IMG/VR virus record: IMGVR_UViG_2595698880_000001
Location: 1 to 64,000 of that record
Source: a virus
Taxonomy: Duplodnaviria; Caudoviricetes
Length of the DNA: 64,000 nucleotides
Strand: one strand, 5' to 3'
The stretch's first letter is position 1, and the number at the start of each line of letters is the position of its first letter. This document shows positions 57,958 through 64,000 of the stretch, piece after piece. The notes below the pieces were generated by a model that was given only the letters and a program-made list of their open reading frames with translations, made no database searches and was not told where the DNA came from. Position numbers and translations under genes: made by a program.

Positions 57958-58560
57958 TTAATTGATTGGATTACCTTCTGTATCAATAACTGTAGCGTTT
58001 CTAGGCACGAAATTCATTTCTCTAGTTGGGAATTTCATCATCGTGTTCATCAGGATTTCGTGGCCTTGATCTTTATGATGTTTCAATACTTCAATTGTAG
58101 CTTTAATGTCATAATACGCGTCGTGATGATTGTCCAGCTTGATACCTAGACGTTCACACGTTGGTTTTAATGATGAATTTTCATCAGGGTAATGATATTG
58201 ATTTAATGTTTTTGTACAAATGAACGAACCTAAATTAGCAGAGAAAATAGGATCAGCTTTTTGTAAAAATCCAAAATCAAAAGTAGCAAATTGAGCAACA
58301 ACAATCGTATCTTCTAAAAGATCAGTCATTGCGTACGCCGCAACATCTTCTTTCAATCCATATTTTAAATCACTTTCTTCCACCTTCAAAAGCTCTTTGA
58401 TAAAAGGAGTTAATTGTTTGCCTTTTTTTAAACGAACTTTGAAGTTGAATTCGCCTAAAATGTTAAATTCTGAATCTGTTCGGATCAAAGCAGCTTGAAT
58501 AATTTGATCTGCTCCTGGAATCAAACCTGTTGTTTCTAAATCAATAAATGAATATACCAT
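57958..58560 (-). CDS. DnaQ/DEDDh 3'-5' exonuclease
   Basis: DLETTG, FDFGFL, HDAYYD. Confidence 0.9.
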   Translation of the reverse strand: MVYSFIDLETTGLIPGADQIIQAALIRTDSEFNILGEFNFKVRLKKGKQLTPFIKELLKVEESDLKYGLKEDVAAYAMTDLLEDTIVVAQFATFDFGFLQKADPIFSANLGSFICTKTLNQYHYPDENSSLKPTCERLGIKLDNHHDAYYDIKATIEVLKHHKDQGHEILMNTMMKFPTREMNFVPRNATVIDTEGNPIN

Positions 58561-58573
58561 ACCTTAACCACTC

Positions 58574-59068
58574 CTATTTAATCATTTCCCAATTGACCTT
58601 ACGAACCTTACCGTCTTCCTTGTACCATTCCGTGTTACATTTTGTACAGAAAGCCTGATTAGTTTCTTCTGCTGGTGACTGTAAATTATGTACTCCTAAT
58701 CGACGTACGTACTTGGTATCCTTACAAGTAGGGCAACGTTCAAAGTTTTTCCACTTCAGATTTTCGTATTTGAAACGTCTTTCAGTAGAAACGTCACGAC
58801 TTTTGATAAAATTAGAAACTGTACTAGTCGGTAATTTTGTATCCTGGACGATTGAATAAATACTATAACCATTTAAAAAGCGGTCAGTTATGACATCCTT
58901 CACTTCTTCAGTGAACAAAAAGCGCTTACCATTTCCAATATAATTCTTATTCATATCAAGGTAAGTTTGAAGATCACCTTTAACTTCCTCTTCATTTTCA
59001 TAATCCATATCGATCATGATGTCCTTTAAACTTTCACCTTCAGCGTACAGTTTAGCTAACTTAATCAT
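58574..59068 (-). CDS. HTH + Zn-ribbon protein
   Basis: GYSIYSIVQDTKLPTSTVSNFIK; CPTC...CTKC. Confidence 0.7.
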   Translation of the reverse strand: MIKLAKLYAEGESLKDIMIDMDYENEEEVKGDLQTYLDMNKNYIGNGKRFLFTEEVKDVITDRFLNGYSIYSIVQDTKLPTSTVSNFIKSRDVSTERRFKYENLKWKNFERCPTCKDTKYVRRLGVHNLQSPAEETNQAFCTKCNTEWYKEDGKVRKVNWEMIK

Positions 59069-59097
59069 TTAACATTTCCCCCTTGAATCAGGGGAGA

Positions 59098-60090
59098 TTA
59101 TTCATCCCCTGAACTATTCATTTCTTCCATAAGTAAGCGTAGACGGTTAATTACTAATCGTGCCTGATCCTTTGTGAGTTCTGTCGGATTGGCTATTTTA
59201 CTATTGGTTGCTTCTTGCATTATCTCTACAGCACGTTCACCTGAAATGCCTAATTGGTTATTTACTAAGTCAACGATATCGTCAATCATCTTAGCTAATT
59301 CACCATCTGTCTTAATGACATTTGTTTGGCCCACTTTTTCTTTAGCGAAACCTTCATCTTTTTGTGACATTTCGATAATCATATTTACCAGCGAACGATT
59401 GTCGAAGTTATCAATCACATCAGGCAGCAAGCTATTCCCTTTAGAATCCTTCAGACGGTTCTTTTTCAATTGGGCCGTGTAAACACCTTTTGATTTTTCT
59501 GAAAGGATGTAGTGTACGTCTAGTTCGTGGATCAGACGTTTATCACAATCAGCTTTAATCGGATTAACTGCATCAATCTTCATAAATGTACCTTTTAGGT
59601 AGTTATCAGAAGCGTGTGCTGTAACGAATAAATGAACATCCAACTCTTTCAAGTTTTCGATGATTTCATAAAATTCATCTTTAGGTGTTTCATATTCAGT
59701 AGGTTCAAGCTTTGTTTTACCCCACTGTTTCTTCCAATAACTTTTAATTTTGTTGTACAATACTGTACCTGACTCTAAAGCGATTGACTTAAACGGCAAT
59801 TGTTGTCCTGAACGCTTGAAAGCTAACAGCTGTTGAGTAAGAGCTAAAACTTCTTGTGGATTAGATGTCTTGTACACCTTAATTCCATCGACTTCTTTAG
59901 CTAACTGACTAAAACCACTACGTTCCATATCGATAGCCCACAAAGGCTTAGGAGCGCCGTAAGCGATAGATGATGTTTTACCACTACCTGAAGGGCCGGT
60001 TAATAAAACTTTAACAGGTTCAGCACCTTGAGCAGCTGCATCCTGGAAATTATTCATAAGGTTGAATTGATTCATGTTCATTTGGTTCAT
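59098..60090 (-). CDS. Sak4-like (AAA_24) recombinase ATPase
   Basis: KVLLTGPSGSGKT, IDMERS, VTAH; adjacent to SSB. Confidence 0.75.
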   Translation of the reverse strand: MNQMNMNQFNLMNNFQDAAAQGAEPVKVLLTGPSGSGKTSSIAYGAPKPLWAIDMERSGFSQLAKEVDGIKVYKTSNPQEVLALTQQLLAFKRSGQQLPFKSIALESGTVLYNKIKSYWKKQWGKTKLEPTEYETPKDEFYEIIENLKELDVHLFVTAHASDNYLKGTFMKIDAVNPIKADCDKRLIHELDVHYILSEKSKGVYTAQLKKNRLKDSKGNSLLPDVIDNFDNRSLVNMIIEMSQKDEGFAKEKVGQTNVIKTDGELAKMIDDIVDLVNNQLGISGERAVEIMQEATNSKIANPTELTKDQARLVINRLRLLMEEMNSSGDE

Positions 60091-60314
60091 TCGTACACAC
60101 CAACTTCTTTTAAGATTTTATTGTATAATTTGTACATATCATTAACAACTGAATCTTCATCCTGAAGTTCTTTTTCGCTGTATGTTGCTTCTAAGTCTTT
60201 GATGAACCATTCAGCAGCAGCACCATTAATAGGTTGATAAATAATCTTCTTTTGGTGAAGAATTTCATCAATTGCAGCAAAAACCAGCAAAATTTCTTTT
60301 TTGCTTAATTCCAT
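60087..60314 (-). CDS. Hypothetical protein
   Basis: SD GGAGGT. Confidence 0.7.
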   Translation of the reverse strand: MELSKKEILLVFAAIDEILHQKKIIYQPINGAAAEWFIKDLEATYSEKELQDEDSVVNDMYKLYNKILKEVGVYE

Positions 60315-60361
60315 CTAATTACCTCCAATTTTATTAAAGAAGGGGAATTAATCCCCTTTTG

Positions 60362-61363
60362 TTATGAGCCGAATGGAAATTGACCAGTGTATCCAGTGTC
60401 ACTTCCAGGGAATTGTTGACCGCCTTGTTGTTGGTTAAAACCCTGTTGTTGTTCAAAACCAGCTTGTCCACCAAACGTTTGTTGTTGGAAGTTGTTAGCT
60501 TGCTGCTGATTGAATTGTGTTTCATTTCCTTGTGAGAAACCACCATTTTCATTTGGTGGGTTGAATCCTGGTGGTGGCCCTTGTTGTTGTTGTTGCTGCT
60601 GATTTTGGAATCCTTGTTGTTGGAATCCATTTTGTTGACCAGCGAAACCATTTGAGAAGCCGCCGCCTTCAGGAGCTTTTAACATTTTGAACTTCTTAAC
60701 TTCAATACGTTCAATTTTCTCACCTGAACCTTCAGCCATACCGAATTCATCATAAGTTACATCATCTTTATTGATGTAGTAATAACCGATATCAACATTA
60801 GCACCATCAGGAGTGTTGGCGATTTGTTGGGCGATTGCTGGATCAGTAGCTTCTAATGTAAGAACTGATGCATCAATGAAATCACCATTAGCGCGTGTTG
60901 CACGTTTTTTCTTATCTTTACGATCTGTAGCATAGAATACTAATTTGAATTGAATACCGTCTTTCGACTGCTGCTTACCGAACATTTCACCTGATAAACG
61001 GCCTGAAACTTTATCTTCCATTTCTTCACCTTTAACAGTGATTGGTTTCTCTAACTCAACGAACGATGTGAAGTTAGTGAATGTTTTCCCTGTTGTTGTA
61101 ACGAACTGACTGATTTGAGCTAATCCAGCACGTACACGCGGTTTAGGATCAGTAATTGGAAATTCGTTGATACTAGCTTGTGCTTTGTCCAACATTGGAA
61201 TGCGAAGGTTTACAGAACCGAAACCCGTTGCATTTAACAGGAAGTCCCAACCATATTCTGTTTGATCTTGACGTAAAGCTGGTGAGCCGTATACTAGCTT
61301 ACCAACTACCATTCCTAAGTTGTTATAAGCGAAATTTGGATTAAATTGTGGTACTTGATTCAT
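60362..61363 (-). CDS. Probable single-stranded DNA-binding protein with a Q/G/F-rich tail
   Basis: Two OB-like halves; ~100-aa low-complexity tail ending FPFGS. Confidence 0.6.
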   Translation of the reverse strand: MNQVPQFNPNFAYNNLGMVVGKLVYGSPALRQDQTEYGWDFLLNATGFGSVNLRIPMLDKAQASINEFPITDPKPRVRAGLAQISQFVTTTGKTFTNFTSFVELEKPITVKGEEMEDKVSGRLSGEMFGKQQSKDGIQFKLVFYATDRKDKKKRATRANGDFIDASVLTLEATDPAIAQQIANTPDGANVDIGYYYINKDDVTYDEFGMAEGSGEKIERIEVKKFKMLKAPEGGGFSNGFAGQQNGFQQQGFQNQQQQQQQGPPPGFNPPNENGGFSQGNETQFNQQQANNFQQQTFGGQAGFEQQQGFNQQQGGQQFPGSDTGYTGQFPFGS

Positions 61364-61405
61364 AATTTTTTCTACCTCCTGATTGGTTAACTACTTTCTG
61401 ATATA

Positions 61406-61435
61406 AATATATCATGGATAGTTTTGGTTCGTCAA
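61406..61435 (-). promoter_or_regulatory. SigA-type promoter (extended -10)
   Basis: TTGACG-N18-TATATT with TGn. Confidence 0.6.
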
Positions 61436-61475
61436 TAATTATTTTTCCATTTGGTTATAAATTAGTTATAGATGG

Positions 61476-61745
61476 TCATATACTATTAAGTTGCAATTCG
61501 AAACAACGATCTAAGATGTTTGACAATTGTGATTGTGTCTTGTAAGTTTGCATACCTTCTTTTGATACATTGATAGTTAATACGTCTGAAGCGTATGTTC
61601 CACTTCTACCACGGCCTGAATGTGACATAAACATTTGGAATTCCAGGATATCACCAACATCAATATGTTCAAAGAAATGAGCTTTTGTCTTCGCTTTGAT
61701 AGCAGTAACTTTATACTGTTGACTAATTAATGGAATAACAGTCAT
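61476..61745 (-). CDS. Hypothetical protein
   Basis: SD GAGGTG. Confidence 0.7.
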   Translation of the reverse strand: MTVIPLISQQYKVTAIKAKTKAHFFEHIDVGDILEFQMFMSHSGRGRSGTYASDVLTINVSKEGMQTYKTQSQLSNILDRCFELQLNSI

Positions 61746-61762
61746 CCAATCACCTCATAATT

Positions 61763-62797
61763 TTATAGTTCGTCAAATCCGTTTGCTGATCCAGCTTTCT
61801 TGTAATCATCCGGTTTACGTTCGAAGAAGTCAGTTTTCTTAGAACCTTCTGTTTCATAATATTGAATCCAACGTAGCGGATTTGAACGATAGCCTTCAAA
61901 AATGCGTTCTTTACCAAATCCTAATTCGTTTACACGTTTGTTTGCCATGAATTTAACGTAGTCCTGAACTTCAACAACGTTAAGCCCTTCAATTTTGTTA
62001 CCAATGATGTATGAAGCCCAATTAATTTCTAATTCAGCTGCTTTTGTAAAAGTATTAATAACGAACTGTTCCATCTTTTTCTTATCAATTTGTGGATTTT
62101 CTTCTAAAACTGCTTTAAATAAGTCGCAGAAGAAACCTACATGGATTTGTTCATCACGATTGATAAAATTAATCATCTTAGCAGTAGCTAACATCTTTTT
62201 GTTTCTTGCTAAATTGTAGAAAAACGCAAATCCACTGTAGAAGAATAGCCCTTCCAGGATAACGTCATAAACCATTGACTCAAGGAAATTCTCTACTGTC
62301 TTATCGTCGGTGAATTTTTCATAACCTTTAGCTAGGAAATCATTTCGTTCACGTAAAACTGCATCAGTACGCCAATAATCGAATGTTTTATCTTGTTGTG
62401 CGCGATTAACCAATGATGATAAAACGTAAGTATAAGATTCATTATGAACAACTTCCTGGAAAGCAAGTGTGATTAACGTTGCATTTAGTGATGAATCAGT
62501 CACATAATCAGCAATACGGCCCACATAATCGGACTGTACAGAATCTAAAAATGCAAGCAAACCGATAATTTTAAGGAAAGCTTCTTGTTCGTGATCCGTC
62601 AAATGAGGAAATTGTTTAATATCTGTACTCATATCGACTTCATCAGCGAACCATGTGTTACTAATCATTTTCTTATATTTAGTACGCGCGAATTGATAAC
62701 GGATATCTGACCAATTCAGGATATTCGAACTTTCACCGTTGACAATTCCAGTTGATTTATTTGGTGCATCTACATCGTACAATTTACGTTCTTTCAT
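61763..62797 (-). CDS. nrdB: Class I ribonucleotide reductase beta subunit
   Basis: LDSVQ, QEVVHNESY, LEGLFFYSGF, RDEQIH, KTDFFE. Confidence 0.95.
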   Translation of the reverse strand: MKERKLYDVDAPNKSTGIVNGESSNILNWSDIRYQFARTKYKKMISNTWFADEVDMSTDIKQFPHLTDHEQEAFLKIIGLLAFLDSVQSDYVGRIADYVTDSSLNATLITLAFQEVVHNESYTYVLSSLVNRAQQDKTFDYWRTDAVLRERNDFLAKGYEKFTDDKTVENFLESMVYDVILEGLFFYSGFAFFYNLARNKKMLATAKMINFINRDEQIHVGFFCDLFKAVLEENPQIDKKKMEQFVINTFTKAAELEINWASYIIGNKIEGLNVVEVQDYVKFMANKRVNELGFGKERIFEGYRSNPLRWIQYYETEGSKKTDFFERKPDDYKKAGSANGFDEL

Positions 62798-62849
62798 TTA
62801 ACTCTTCCTCTCTTTTTTCAAAAATAAGAAGGGGAATTAACCCCTCCTG

Positions 62850-64000
62850 TTAACTATGACAAGATTCACATTCATCGATGACTTCTTGCGATTGACTACG
62901 TACATAATAAGTTGTCTTCAGTCTTTCTCTCCACGCTGTCATGTGTAAGTCAAGCAGCTCTTTAGCTTTGATTTCACTTGGAACATATAAGTTGAATGAA
63001 ACAGCTTGGTCAATATGTTTTTGACGTGCTGCATTCTGCAAGATACTCCAATTTTGGTCAAGTACATAAGCTGTCTTGTAATACCATTGGTTAGCTGGAT
63101 TAATTCCTGGTGCTGTTCTAACCACACGATATTTACCTTTTTCTTCTTGATATACTTTACGGAACACCGGATCAATACTAGCTGTTGTTCCTGCAATGAT
63201 AGCTGTTGAAGAGTTAGGAGCTACAGCCATTAGGTAAGCATTTCGAATACCGTTTGTCATAACATCCTTCGCTAAATCCTCCCAACGATCAGGGAACGAA
63301 AGTTCATCCACTGTATCCCTAGCAATATAACCTTTACGAGCGAAGTATTCACCTGTTTCCCATTCAGAACCTTCGAATAATGGATATTCTTCTTTCTCTT
63401 TCGCCAATTTCATACTAGCTTTGATGGTATAATAAGCAATATCTTCGTACAAACTATCGTTAAAATCTACTGCTTCTTGTGTTTCCCATCTGATCTTTTT
63501 CTGAACAAGTAGATCGTGTAGACCATATGTTCCTAAACCAATAGCACGGTAACGTTTGTTAGTGTATTTAGCAACAGCTAAAGGTAAATCGTTAAGATCG
63601 ATAACGTTATCCAGCATACGAACCTGGATGTTAATTAATCGTTCTAACACATCATCAGTAACAGCACGAGCTAAGTTAATGGAAGACAAGTTACATACTA
63701 CCATATCACCTAATACTTTTTCTTGAGTCGAACGGCCTGTTTTTAGGTCTAATTTTTCATCAAGGTAATAAGTTTGTGATTGGTTTTGTGTAATTTCTGT
63801 ACATAAGTTAGAGCAGTAAATCATACCTTTATGTTTTTGTGAGTTCTCACGGTTAACTTGGTCACGATAGAACATATATGGTGTACCTGTTTCCAATTGA
63901 GAACGCATGATACCCTTCATAATGTCAATAGCAGGAACGACACGCTTATCAATATCGTTGTTATTCACACATTCATAATAGAATTCACGGAATGAACCAC
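62850..64000 (-). CDS. nrdA: Class I ribonucleotide reductase alpha subunit (5'-truncated by the window edge)
   Basis: SNLCTE, VCNLSS, AVAPN, LKTTYY, C-terminal CESC. Confidence 0.95.
   Translation of the reverse strand, partial: GSFREFYYECVNNNDIDKRVVPAIDIMKGIMRSQLETGTPYMFYRDQVNRENSQKHKGMIYCSNLCTEITQNQSQTYYLDEKLDLKTGRSTQEKVLGDMVVCNLSSINLARAVTDDVLERLINIQVRMLDNVIDLNDLPLAVAKYTNKRYRAIGLGTYGLHDLLVQKKIRWETQEAVDFNDSLYEDIAYYTIKASMKLAKEKEEYPLFEGSEWETGEYFARKGYIARDTVDELSFPDRWEDLAKDVMTNGIRNAYLMAVAPNSSTAIIAGTTASIDPVFRKVYQEEKGKYRVVRTAPGINPANQWYYKTAYVLDQNWSILQNAARQKHIDQAVSFNLYVPSEIKAKELLDLHMTAWRERLKTTYYVRSQSQEVIDECESCHS

Noticed and set aside
61763-64000. Introns or inteins in RNR (also checked thyA, terL and helicase)
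   Set aside because: The frames are continuous and of normal length within the window, with no intein terminal motifs seen.

Overview
The window is about 64 kb of an AT-rich tailed (siphovirus-type) phage genome of a spore-forming Bacillota host, most likely Bacillus or Priestia. No integrase, tRNA or CRISPR array is visible. Plus strand: early small-ORF clusters (0.5-7.9 kb), a sigma-70-like factor, dUTPase, an RsfA-like regulator, a metallophosphoesterase, an HNH endonuclease and a LysM-SleB hydrolase. These are followed by terminase, portal, protease/scaffold, capsid and tail genes (including an inserted fibre/depolymerase cassette, a -1 frameshifted tail chaperone and a 2249-aa tape measure) and a lysis cassette ending at 46.2 kb. 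Minus strand, converging: RNR (partial), SSB, Sak4-like ATPase, DnaQ exonuclease, PhoH, guanylate kinase, helicase, primase, Cas4-like nuclease, a SigF/SigG-like sigma, ThyA, HNH-AP2 endonucleases and a RuvC-like resolvase. Most notable non-annotated signals: (1) a recurring phage-specific promoter motif, NA(G/T)AAA-N16-RTATTAAT; (2) several of these promoters form the 5' arm of hairpins that hide the next ribosome-binding site or form a terminator, which would gate translation by transcription start site; (3) a dispersed sporulation-regulator toolkit; (4) a second tail-tube-like gene; (5) strong 5-mer palindrome biases. All protein calls come from motif recognition by eye, not database searches.
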